A stretch of DNA of 63,754 nucleotides, the filler included, from Platydemus manokwari (lineage: Eukaryota): the NCBI GenBank assembly GCA_037951405.1. It is 5 parts of 5 records of this genome, joined end to end, with 100 filler letters (N's around TTAATTAATTAA, not from the genome) between each part and the next. Parts side by side here need not be neighbours in the genome. Positions count along the whole stretch, not along the records: positions 20,522 to 29,780 come from JBBMOY011276206.1; positions 29,881 to 43,519 come from JBBMOY011661403.1; 3 more parts are not named here. One strand, 5' to 3'. Positions 21,414 through 33,900 of this stretch are shown here, in pieces. Made by a program: the position numbers and the translations under genes. The notes under the pieces are model-generated. The model did not search any database and was not told the origin of the DNA. It saw nothing but the letters and a program-made list of their open reading frames with translations. Every line of letters begins with the position of its first letter. The stretch's first letter is position 1.

Positions 21414-24400
21414 TGTTGCTATACTATTTTGATAGATAATGTCTAATGATAAGTTTCAAATATAGAATTCAAGTTATTTTTTCAGTCTGGCAAATTATTT
21501 TTTAATTTTTTTTGCACTGGTATTCCATATTGAACGTAAAACATATTCCGACAATCATAAAGTAACAACTTAAACATTATATTATCTTAATATCATTGTT
21601 ACTTGAATACCATAGAAAACCTGAGGGACACAATGGACAACAGAATATCGAAGCTGATATCAATGAAACAATTTATAAAGAATTCAACGACTTGACATTA
21701 TTCTCAAAGATACATTATAATCAAGTAGGACATACCAAAAGAAATATCATGAATGATAAAACAGCACCACATCTGATTTAATATTTTATTCGATATCAAG
21801 AACTTACATAACTGGAATCACATTAAAAGCTTTTGGAAATGAATGGAGTTTATTTAGAAAGGGTGAATTTAACTATCTTATATATAACGAGTGAGAAACA
21901 ATATCAAATAAGCCGGTTAAATCTGGCACAAAAATCAGGAAACAAATTATGTTGTATTTGGATTCAATTGATAAATACAAAATACCGACAACAATATTAA
22001 TATCAGCTTTATTTGGTAAATTCCGTCGTTTTAAAACTAATTTTGAACCAACATTTACTGGGGTTGTTTTTTGGAAACAAAACATTTTCAGAAAAAGAAT
22101 GCTTTAAGAAAAAATTATGAAGTACCGTAAAAACATAAAAAGGATAAAATAAAATATTGGAATTATAAACAGATATTATTTAATATCAAAATATTCTTGA
22201 TTTGATTGGAAAAATGTGAGTTTCATTTATTTGAGGAATTAGTAGATGCAAATGATTTGATTCAGATGAGAGAAAATAACTTCAATTAAATGGATGTTGT
22301 GACATAAATAGCGTTAATTTAATAATAATAATTAATTATATTGATGATAAATATCCACACACAAAAATAAATATTCTTACCACGTAATAATTTATGATGT
22401 AATGATTTTTTGACCGACAAACAATATTCAATTCGTTGAAAATAAGAAATGATCTCATCATAGCTTTGATAATATTCCAATTCATATCCAGTTACATTCA
22501 TAATATCAATGTTATCCAATAGCTTCATTAGAGCAGCAGCTGCTGAATCGATTTGAAGTAGTAATTCTGGAGGATCTATATGAAGTATAAATGTAAAATA
22601 ATAATATAGATTTATGGGCAATTAGAATAAATGAGAGAAATGATCAAAAGTCAATGATGGGGAACCTATAACATTAGCGGTGTATCATGAATCTCAAACT
22701 TATAAGTTGAAAAGTTAGACTGGTTGACTGACTTTTACTGGGGTGAGACAAACATTCACAATTTTTTGTTATATTATGTGTATCTTATTTTTGCACATCT
22801 GAATTTGTAAATGCCGTGTAGAGATCAAGCGAAGAGATTTCGATATCACATACCTCAACAAAAAATATATTCAGATTTTCAAGTGAACAAAGAAATGCGG
22901 CAAAGCTAAAATTTCTGGCAAAATCATATTTGGAAGTTGAGCAGTTATTGCTTTATATAATTGCAACTTGATCTTAAAATCGGCATATTGATTGATGTAC
23001 ATGTCACAACTCAAATGTAAATCGTTTGTGATACAATTAGCGCACAATATAATCTTCTTGAAGCCTGCTTATGTGCACGATATAACTGGTTAGTAATAGA
23101 TTTAAAAGGCAATCGAAATTTCTACTTTCAAATGTCGAGAAATAGAAAAATAAGCAAAGAATTTCTAATGAATTGGAACTTTGATAATCAGATTGTTTTA
23201 AAATATTAATCAGTTTGAATAATTGAGATTAAAATATGATTTGATGTTGTGACTTTTCATTTCGATTTCACTGTGTGCTTTATGAATTCGCATTTGGATT
23301 CGATTCTGCGAATGTCTATGTTAGGGAAGTATAGAAGAGAAGGAGAAAGATATAGAAAAGATGTAAAGAAAATATAGAGAAAGAAAAGTGAAGATTTCAA
23401 GAAGATATAAAGATGATATAAAGAAAATATCAAGTAAAGAATAAATAGAAATTGTTACACAGATAAATATGTAGAGAATTTGAGAGATAATTAAGAATGC
23501 AGAGAAAATCAGATTTTTTAAAGAAAGGAGGATGTTAGGATATAAAATGAATTGAAATTTGAAGCTCAGATTTTTTAAATTATGAGTTTATTTGAATTAT
23601 AACTAAAATATCATTTTGTGTCGAGACTTCAATTCATTTTCAATGCGTGCATTATGGATTCGAATTTGGATTCGATTCTGGAGGTATAGAAGAAAAATAG
23701 TAATTTATATTCTCCTGGTAAAAAAATATATATTATGGTTCAATGTAAATATCCAAACCATTTATGAGTGACAAAATAAGATGACTATCATAGTAAATAT
23801 CAGAAATAAACACGGCCTTTTAGGGTATAATAAAACTTATTTTATTAAATAAAAACGAAGACAAAACATGAATAAAAAATAAATCAAATTTCTTCAACCA
23901 GAAATCAAATATAAACAAAAAACCAGTAATAAAATCAAAACAAAGATAAATTTGCTTTAACAAGCAATTAAGGCAAATAAATAATGGGAAACTTAATGAT
24001 AAAATGTTCATTTTTAACTAAATTTGCGTTAAAAATAACCAACAAACGGATATTTGCTATCAAATAAAAAGCTTATAAATGAATTTCAAACCAATTCATA
24101 GCGCATTTTAGAGAGTTGCAATAAGTGTAATGATTTGCCCTAATGATGAATGAAGTCAAATTGAGTATTAATAAAAATATATGACTAACATATTCTCCCT
24201 CCCCTTTTATAAAATATGCAAATTGAAGCTCAAACATTTGGACTAATCAAGTGAACATTATGGCACCAGAAAGTGATGAAATTGTTTTAATGGACATCTT
24301 ATCGAAAATATAAAATCAATGTTATAAATATAACACCCTGTCAAAAACATTAAATCGTAATAAGCAAATGATAAACTGCAAAAAACCCACCTTGCTCATT

Positions 24401-27400
24401 AACACATTCAACTAATGCGCTCAGAGAATCTATGAGGACGTTATTAATAAGACTGGAAGATATTTCTGCAGATGTCAGATTTTGCATCCATTTTAACGCC
24501 GATTCTGCAGCGATAGTGTCATCAAATAGGCGTTTCTGCATTCGTGCAGGAATAGCTACTGCTTCCTTCCAGCTCGTGAGCCATGCATTGTCAGCCACCA
24601 ACATTCGAGAACTCAGTTCACCTGAATATTAATTATTGTGAACTATAACATTTCAGCAGAAACTTATTCATAGTGGCTCCTTGTTCTTCATGAGAATAAA
24701 TACACAAAGAGAGAGTGAATTAACAGAAATAATTATGAGTGAAATATTTACAATAACTAGAAGATATCAATAGATATAAACTGATTACGTGATATCATTT
24801 ACCAAACAATAAAAATTTGAATTTAATATTTGTATTCATATTGTAAAATTTTTTTCAGTTTTATCAAATTGTAAATATTCTTGTTGGGGATTCGATATAA
24901 ACATTAAAAGGCATCATAGCCGTTTTTTCTTATCAGTATCCATTATGAATAACTTGAAAATCTCGTCTATCTGGTAAGGCACCTGTTGGATTTGAAAGGA
25001 AAATTCTAATTAATTTTTATACTGAATTCACGCAATTCTGCTGAACATGAACTAAAAACCTTGAACAAGAAATGTTCTAATATTTACTATTATGGTATTT
25101 TTTCATCACACCATTTTCGATATTAACATATTTATTCTCGTAGCATTTAATCTCTAATAAATCAATACAAATCACAATGAAATATTGATGTACAACTCAA
25201 TTATGTTTGAAATAACCTCTATATCAGCATGACAAATTTCTTTCTCAAACACCCATTGAACATCGTAATTCTCAAAGCTTCAAACTATTTTCGATTATTT
25301 TTTCATTTAAATATAAAATATTTTAACATTGATCAAAATAATATATTATTCTATGGTATAATTATGAAAAGAAATTTCCAGGATTGTAGAATATTCTATG
25401 ATACAGAAAATTGTAAATAAATATTGAAATAAATAAATAAATATATATATAGAAATCTTCCAATTTATAAATGTTTATGAGATTGGAAGATGTACAAGAA
25501 ATATTATCACTATAACCTTATGAAATATCATTATATTATTTTTGGTTTAAAATCTACTAAAATATGGTTAATACGATCATTATATATTTCTCATTAAATA
25601 ATATCATATCAACTGTATTGATGAAATAGATACAGCACGCTTCCAATTAATGAGTTGAGAAGTTATTTCAATGAAAAAATGTTCTCATGATATAAGTTAG
25701 ATTTTTATTATACAAGATAATAATTTATTTTGGATAATCTTTTAGGTAATTATGAAATAGTCCGATAACAATCACCAACAGAGGTAAATAAATATTATTT
25801 CTATTATTTTCATTTTGAAATGAGCAAAACAATCATGTGTGTCATCTAATCATTGACCAATGAAAATCTACAAATATTTTTTGTAACCATACTATGATTT
25901 AATAAAATAATCCGGCTAAGAAAAAGGGTCCTTTCGTTATAATGAATTTATGCGCATGAGATAATTTTATAACTTAATTTTATAAATAATTACGATACTT
26001 GATTTATTCGTATAATTCAATTAATATCTCATTTTTAAGTTGTCTAATAGTGACAAACATAGTTTTCAAAACCAAGTTCCCATTCTAATCACAACACTTC
26101 TATATGATTATTTGAGTTTTTAAATTTACATTTTTAAAATTATAAATCAAGTTACCTAACTACAGATATGTTTAATAATATCATTGGTTATTTTTATAAA
26201 ATAATTGTAAAAATTGAGAATATCTCTCATTTGCTTCTAATGTTAAAATGGGGTACTCGCTAATTTTCACTAAATTGCAATTCAACCTACTTTGATCATT
26301 TTTTCATATAATCAAAATTTGGGAGATTTTGAAGCTCTAGTGTATTTAATATTTGATTTCAAGCAACTAAAATTCTTCTTAAGTACTTAAATAAAAAATT
26401 CAAAATGTTTTAAAGAATTTAATTAAATAAACTATATAGAATTTTGCAATACACTCAACAAATTTAAATTTTCATTTTAGGACCTTTTTTTTAACTTTAG
26501 CCAATAATTCTCATATTACAACATTCAGCTATAAGGAAATTCGTAGAATAAAATCAATATATTAATGATGCAAATCTGTGTAGTAAAACCTGAAAAGTAA
26601 ATAATATCAATAATTTATAAATGTTTTGATTTCTTTAGAAAATTTGATGAATAATCAATTATTGAATCTGACAACTACTTACAAATAGTCAGTAGATGAA
26701 AATTAATGATGATATAATTATTGATATCAAGATAAAAACAAATGCTATATATTTTTACCTTTAACATTGGATTCATTTTCTAATGAATTACTGACTTCTG
26801 CCGTTTCAATAAAATCTCTAGGCGAATACCAGCGTATGAAGTCCTCCAAAACACATCCCGGATTGGCGGCCTGAAAAATTAACTAAAGCCAATCATAATG
26901 AATTGCAAATCAAAACTTTAAAAGCAGACATATCGGCCATCAATGATGCTGCATGATATTTTTCTAGAAATTCGCGAGATTCGTCATGTTTCGCTTGTTT
27001 CGGCCCACTATAGACATCAACAGATAGAACCTGAGTAATCGGTACATAAAGCGGGATATCGGGATATTTTATCAGTTTCAGGTCATCACATTTCCGCAAT
27101 CTGCCTCGAGGCTCTTGGTTCGGTTTTGACATCACACCAGAAATTACCTGAGAAGAAGAATAATCTATCAGATTTAGAAAGTCACATTAGTCGCATTACA
27201 TCATTTTCATCATCAGTTTCACAATCGAAAAATTGTTCGGCAGTTCCATCGGAATCTAAAACGAAAACTAGTTGCTCAATGATCTCAACAAACAGATTAC
27301 AAAACCAGAACTATCTGTTGTTTGAGTATTATCATATTGTTGTAAAGTTCGATTGCGTAATCTCGTTAAAATACAATAGTTTATCAATTGCATTCGTTGT

Positions 27401-29229
27401 TCCATTTGACTACTTGCAAGATGCGGCACAGATTCCGTCAACATTCGATTAAAAATTTCATCCTTATTTTCTGAAGTACCATTTTCAAATTCCTTGAAAT
27501 CATCTCCCATTCGAGTAGCTGGTAATGGTATACAATTTTCCAATCGATATCTGATTTCGAGAACGACTTCCTGGAATTATCAAGTAATTCGGTTCGACAT
27601 GTTTGCCATTTTCTTATTTATAGTAAATATAAATCAATATTTTAACGTGATTTCTATTTTAGATTGACCCATCTGATTAATTTGGATTAAGATAAATTTA
27701 TTATTTTACACGTCACTATTTTTTGCTGTTTTGTTCCTGATTTCAACATGGTTATTTCTTATTCTTTTACTCATTTTTTAAAAATGTCGTATTTACCTAA
27801 ATACAGAAAATCAATTCACTACCAGATCAATTGAGTAGAAAATTGATTTATTGACAGACAGCATTAGCCGGTAATATGATTGGTCAATACAGAAACGAAA
27901 AACCGTAAATAACTTTTGGTTGAGCACAACAAATACAGACATACAACCACATGATGACTTCAATAACTGTCATCAAACAGAGATTTGAACGATGTTATCG
28001 AGTTATTTATAGGTAAACAAAAGGTAAACAATAAAGAGAGAAAATTAACAATTTTCGCGTCGATATAATAGAAAATGAAAAATTTGCCATTTATTGAATG
28101 CAATTACTTATCGTTACTTTAAAAATTGTTTTATTGAAAATGTTTTTATGCGATTTTTCATTTTATCGGTTAATTAATCTCTCTGGCAATTGATATAGGA
28201 CAGGAAACATTGGATATATGCTTGAAACTGACAACTGGAGAAATAAACTATTTTTACAGAGTTTAAAACGTTACAATTATTACTAATGATAAGAAAAATT
28301 GCTTTTAAATGTTGTTTCAGTATAATTTTTTTAATCTCTTTTTTACATAATTTACCAAACAAACAACTAATTATAGGAATTTATTCTCTTCAAATACGCA
28401 AGTTTAAGAAACCCCATGGTAACAATGCATATATTAATCGCGCTATTTTCAATCATTTATTATCTGTCATATATCAGTAGATATCAACTAAGGATCGATG
28501 GAAAGTTTTATCGTTATATATTCCATACATATCAGAATGAAATAAAGTGATATAAAAGTAAATATCAATTATTACCATCCATATATATGAGAAACATTTC
28601 ATTCCTTCCTTATGAAACGTTAAAAGATTGGTCAAGCACACACCTAATCGATGAATTAGAGAATTTCTGTCAGCAGTGGGATATTTTTTCAGTAATTTCT
28701 ATAAAGCATAATATATGCATGCTTATTGGTTGTAACTGCACGAAAATAATAGAAAAATCAATACCGTATAATTTGGAATATTCAAATTGCTATTCACAGT
28801 GTATGGATTCCGAATTGAATCCAAACTGTTTTGATGAGCATCGGGAAATATAAACTAAATAATAATTATTATGATCATATCATCAGATTTTCATGGATTG
28901 GAATCTATAATTATTACAAAAAACAACTCAAATCAATAATTCTCTAGCATTAATTCAGAAAATGATTATCGATTAATTTTAAAAAATACGAAATATTCTT
29001 TAATGCAACCTCAAGATAAATAATAATTATTATTATTATTATCGAAAATAATCAATGAATGTCACCCATAAAATGTTCTGTAAAGTCTTTGAATCCAATA
29101 TTTCAGATGGATTAGATCCAGTTTGGGAAGCAGATTTATCTGTGTTGCCTTGATTTCGGAATAAATGATGATTTGATATTGGATAATTGGTAAGCTTTAA
29201 TAACGGTTGATGAATATGCATGGCATCAA
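21099..29229 (-). CDS. RAB3GAP1: Rab3 GTPase-activating protein catalytic subunit, partial (10 internal exons; N- and C-terminal exons not found)
   Basis: Phase-consistent GT-AG exons: 29066-29229, 28765-28854, 28576-28698, 27306-27570, 27200-27255, 26917-27147, 26759-26870, 24391-24621, 22381-22575, 21099-21274. Peptides ILW/FIFPDA, IWM/EVVLEIRYRLEN, PRGRL, PLYVPITQ, LMADMSAFK/AANPGCVLEDFIRWYSPRDF and GELSSRM...W..A..IPARMQKRLFDDT..AE match the Rab3GAP1 catalytic region. Confidence 0.93.
21383..21413. repeat. (TAA)n microsatellite
   Basis: About 10 perfect TAA units in a Rab3GAP1 intron. Confidence 0.9.
23225..23700 (+). repeat. Imperfect direct repeat (about 100 bp, about 370 bp apart) around a purine-rich spacer
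   Basis: TAAAATATGATTTG...TTATGAATTCGCATTTGGATTCGATTCTG (about 23230-23308) versus TAAAATATCATTTTG...TTATGGATTCGAATTTGGATTCGATTCTG (about 23604-23679), each followed by GTATAGAAGA. Confidence 0.7.
25914..26502. mobile_element. Non-autonomous DNA transposon (MITE), Merlin-like: GG termini, 8-bp TSD
   Basis: Left end GGCTAAGAAAAAGGGTCCT; right end AGGACCTTTTTTTTAACTTTAGCC; flanks AATAATCC (25906-25913) and AATAATTC (26503-26510), 7/8 identical. Second copy at about 56120-56478. Confidence 0.8.
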
Positions 29230-29709
29230 CTAGATACGAATTTAATAATTCATTATTTATATATAATTATAATATTATATATAATTTTTTTCACAGAAGT
29301 TCTTAATAAAATCATTAATCGCATATACAAATTAAATATTCACAAAATAATAAGGAATACAATCAAATAATGATAATAATATTAATAAATTAATAATAAT
29401 AATTATTATTATTATTAATAATTATATTAATGGTAATAATTCAGGAAAAATAATATAAAATATGTGTACATACTATCTTGAGGTTTGATCTCTCTCAATA
29501 TTTCATCGGATTTTTGAGCCACCAAAAATGATTTCAACAATTTCCGCAATGTTTTATCTGAATGATTAAAATAAAATATTGTTCGGTTTGCGAAAAAATC
29601 TCAGATAAAATCATGTGATTAATTTGAATTTATAGTTTGAATGAGAATTTGAAATAAACAAATACGGAATCCACTTTAACCAAAACAGAAAATAAAGAAT
29701 ATTCAATTA

Positions 29710-29780
29710 TACCAGGTTGAGTCAAAAGTTATTCATGTTTTTATGCAGGTATTTTATTAACACAAATTGTTATAACGCTG
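29710..29780 (+). mobile_element. Mariner-like terminal inverted repeat, cut off by the gap
   Basis: TA-TACCAGGTTGAGTCAAAAGTTATT resembles mariner termini and lies immediately before the gap. Confidence 0.5.
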
Positions 29781-29880
29781 NNNNNNNNNNNNNNNNNNNN
29801 NNNNNNNNNNNNNNNNNNNNNNNNTTAATTAATTAANNNNNNNNNNNNNNNNNNNNNNNNNNNNNNNNNNNNNNNNNNNN
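29781..29880. other. Assembly gap with artificial TTAATTAATTAA linker
   Basis: 44 N + 12-nt linker + 44 N. Confidence 0.97.
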
Positions 29881-30717
29881 GATGGCTATAAAAATTTAAT
29901 ATTTAAATTTACCTAAAAATATAATAGATATATATAAATAGATATATATATATATTATTAATAGATGATTCGCAAGAATTGGTCGATCTATATATATTTA
30001 TATATCCTTATGTATCAGTATAAATGTAATCTTTATCAATCGTTTACAAAGTTTATAGAGCTTATAATATTATTAATAGGTAGTTCATTCTTGTAGTTTT
30101 TAATCCTTCATATGTATATTATATGTATATGATTTCCTTTGTTGATATATTCTGTTTGGTGATTTTGTTTATCATTTAACCGTCATAATATGTCTTATAA
30201 TGTTCTTGATGGAGCCGTTCTCATTAATTTATAAATAAGATATCAATTCTCCTGGAATTATTATAAATTAAATTTCTATTTTAACGATGAAATAAATATT
30301 TGCTTTAGGTGAATTCCGCGCAATTCATTTAACAGAGTTATCGCAATGTCTTCCGAAATCAATATCAATCTATTATATTATGATTTCTTTGATGACCTGC
30401 TTTTGTTATTAGTTATTTAGTTTGTGTTAATTGTAATTGTCTTGAAAAAAAGAATATTGGTAAACAATGGAATGATAAACAGTTTATAAAGTCATTTCAA
30501 AATCATATTGTATCGAGTAGTCATATTAATTGGTAATATACCTCTCATTACTGAACTGATATAATCAAATCATAAAGTACAACAATGAAGATATTAGAAT
30601 TATCACGAAAATCTAAACAACGAATATATCTGATTATCATAAAATTATAATTAAAATTCTTTCTTAAAGTTAATTAAATATTGTCATACAGTTTAACAAA
30701 ATTGTAACAATAGAACT

Positions 30718-30775
30718 GAGGCGGGCGTCATTTTGCAAATTTTTACATTTTATTCGATGTGTGTGTGTTGACGTG
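30718..30775 (+). promoter_or_regulatory. Candidate promoter elements of the SPAK/OSR1 gene (GC-box-like and CRE-like)
   Basis: GAGGCGGGCGTCA and TGACGTG stand out in very AT-rich DNA about 200 bp upstream of the first coding exon. Motif and position only. Confidence 0.3.
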
Positions 30776-30957
30776 TCAGTTTATTAGTGTTGATTTGCTT
30801 TAATACAATTATCAAGATTAAAATAATTATATATTCCAATTATAATAACTCTTAAATAAATTATTATATTTATTTCCATTTGTTAATATTTTTACTAGAT
30901 AAATTTCTATTAAAATTTATTTAAGGATTGTCTGAAAATTGTTCTACCGATGGGTTG

Positions 30958-33900
30958 ATGCCGGCAGTTGTTTGGCCGAATAAAAGAGAAGATTATAAAA
31001 TTAATCGTTCAATCGGTATTTTCAATTAATAACGTTTATCATTGATTGTTTTCATAAAATTTAGGTCAAGGCGCAACATCAAATGTTTATGAGGCCGAAT
31101 GTATACCATTAAATAATCGAATGTGCGCTATGAAAATAATTAATCTCGAAAAATGTAGCAGCTCAACATTGTTAGAAGAGATTAAAGTAATTTCTACAAA
31201 AACGATACAAATAATAATTAATAGCTATGATAATTTATGGTGATAATAAAAATAATAAATAATAATAATAATATATTATTGCTATTATAATAATAAATAA
31301 TGATAATGAAAATAAATTATAGAGAGAAATTAAAAGCATGCGAAATATGAAGAATGAAAATATCGTCACATATTATGCTTCGTTTGTAAATGATATAGAG
31401 TTATGTATTATTATGGATTTATGTCAAAGAGGTATTATTATTTTCACTTTATCTTTTATTATATGCAATATATTAGGATCATTACTGGATATTATCAAAC
31501 GAACTCAGTCTCGAAGGGATATAACTTATGGTGTATTCGATGAAAGTACAATAGCAACGATATTGAAAGATGTTTTGCGAGGATTAATTTATATTCACGA
31601 GAATGGACTGGTTCATAGGTATATAATTGATTTATTTCATTAAAGCACAAGTAAAGAAAATAATTAAGTGCCAATTATTGGAAATGCTGTTTGTTTTCTT
31701 TTTCAACAAAACGTAACAGTTCGATATCTTTCAAATGAATTCTGTTAATGTTGTAACTGTATTATGTTATTTGTTGGAGACGAGAAAAATGACGAAGAGA
31801 TTGATACTAAAACATATTAAATCCCATAAATGGCAAAAAATCCGGCGTGCTTTAGTTAAATGAAATCAAACGAAACAGCCGAATAATTGAAATATAATAC
31901 GGAAATTAAAATAGAGAATGGAAAATATCTATCGACATCGATTTTGGTCAAATCGGTCAATATTTTTACATGAAATATTTGTCGACCTATAACATTATTT
32001 CTGATCCACGTTTGTGTGAAACTGTCATCAAAGGATTATTATTTATTTAAATATTTATTTTAATAGATTCACATTGACAGATTTGTTCTCAACATTGAAT
32101 CGCAGTTTTATTTAAAATACGATTTAATTCGATAATTAGTTTTCCTTGAAGATTAAATATTAATTTGAAAATACCAATAAAAATTTAGTTTAATAAATTT
32201 GTATTCCTTCATTCAGAGATTTAAAATGTGGAAATTTGTTAGTGAAAGATGATGGAATTATTCAAATTGCCGATTTTGGTGTCGCAGCATTTCTGGCTGC
32301 ACAACCGATGCAAACAACTGGTTCTAGCTTAGATAATAAGCGATTTACATTCGTTGGTACTCCATGTTGGATGGCACCTGAAGTGATGCAGCAAGTACAG
32401 ATCGAACTCTCATGCTTTTTTTTTAAATTCACATGAATTATTTTTAGGTCAAGGGTCACAATCAAAAGGCTGATGTCTGGTCTTTGGGGATAACTACAAT
32501 TGAGTTGGCTGCTGGTCAAGCCCCTTATGCCAAATATGCCCCAATGAAAGTAAAATTATTGTGTAAATATAATGGGTATTGTTTTATAAGAATTTGATTG
32601 ATCAGCATTCTCAACAATCCGTAACACCAGATCTACCTCTAAAATTTTGACTCGATACACACATACGTTTATATATCATTCCGATCTTAATTCATTAAAA
32701 TACCTAAAAGACAATTCATTATTATAGACTTTTTTCTTAGGTATTAATGTTAACGTTGCAAAACGATTCTCCAGACATTGATACTGCTGCTAGTACTTGT
32801 AATCAGTATTCAAATTATGGTCAGAAATATAGGAAATTTACAAAATCCTGTCTTAACAAAGATCCCGCACTCCGACCCTCAGCAAAAGAGCTTTTACAGT
32901 CCCCATTTATTAAATCAAAGGCCAAAGTAAGATTATATTCAATATTCTCATTTTCTATTTATGCAAAATATTACACTGAAGTTATTTATCCTAATATGAC
33001 CTATATTCTGGAGTTATGTGGTGTGTAGAGAAAATATCGGTTTCCAAGGTAGCTTATTGTCTTTCTTTTGATAAATGGTTGATGTAAAAATCAAAACATG
33101 GTAATAAAATATCATTGTCTCCCCATACTTCGTAACGCCTACTTTCACTTTAACCGATGTAATCCGCTCATGTTAAACTAAATTTTCTTTCCTCTTATCC
33201 CATTTCTTATTCAGCTATTATTGGAATATCGACAACAATTATCCAAAGCTTACTGTATAATAAGCGCATTGTTTCTTGAAAAATCCATGAATATGGTCTA
33301 ATAATAGAAATGTTGTTTCTAATGAAAAGTTATTACTTGCTCTGGTTGATTTTTTTTATTGTTTCAATATTTTTGTCTTGATATCGGAAAAATTGATCTG
33401 AAAGATCGGTTATTTTAACGATAGCTTTTATGATCATTAACTTGATCATTACTTTTTTTTTATTTCATACTATCTCTCTGTTTTCATCGCTTGTTTTATA
33501 ATTCATTATAATTTGAAGATTTTCGAGTACCGCGTTATATATAGATGTGTGTGTATGTCTTATAGTGACTATGTATTATAAAGAGATTATTTCAATTGTA
33601 TCAGTCCATATGCTTTGATCACTCTAATATGTTACAATTTTCATGGAAGTTCACAAGCTTAAAATTGAAATTGATTCTAAATAGTACTCAAAACTCTATT
33701 TGTTTGAAGTAAAAATATGTTAATAAATGTAAGCTACAACAGATTTTTGAACAAATTTTATCTTTTCTCTGATAAATAATATATTATTTAATATGATTAA
33801 GGAGAAATATTTAAAATATGCTTATAATAGCCTATGTTAGTCATCGAAAATAATTTCTTCCATATTTAATCAGAAATAATCAATATTTATTAGACTATTT

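Noticed and set aside
27126-27452. Plus-strand ORFs antisense to Rab3GAP1 exons (also 24432-24632, 28587-28853) and shadows of clathrin and kinase exons
   Set aside because: Antisense or alternate-frame shadows of real exons with no independent coding signal.
27580-27609. ATG at 27609 as the Rab3GAP1 start
   Set aside because: Hits a stop after nine codons and lies in an intron; homologous exons continue upstream at 28576-29229.
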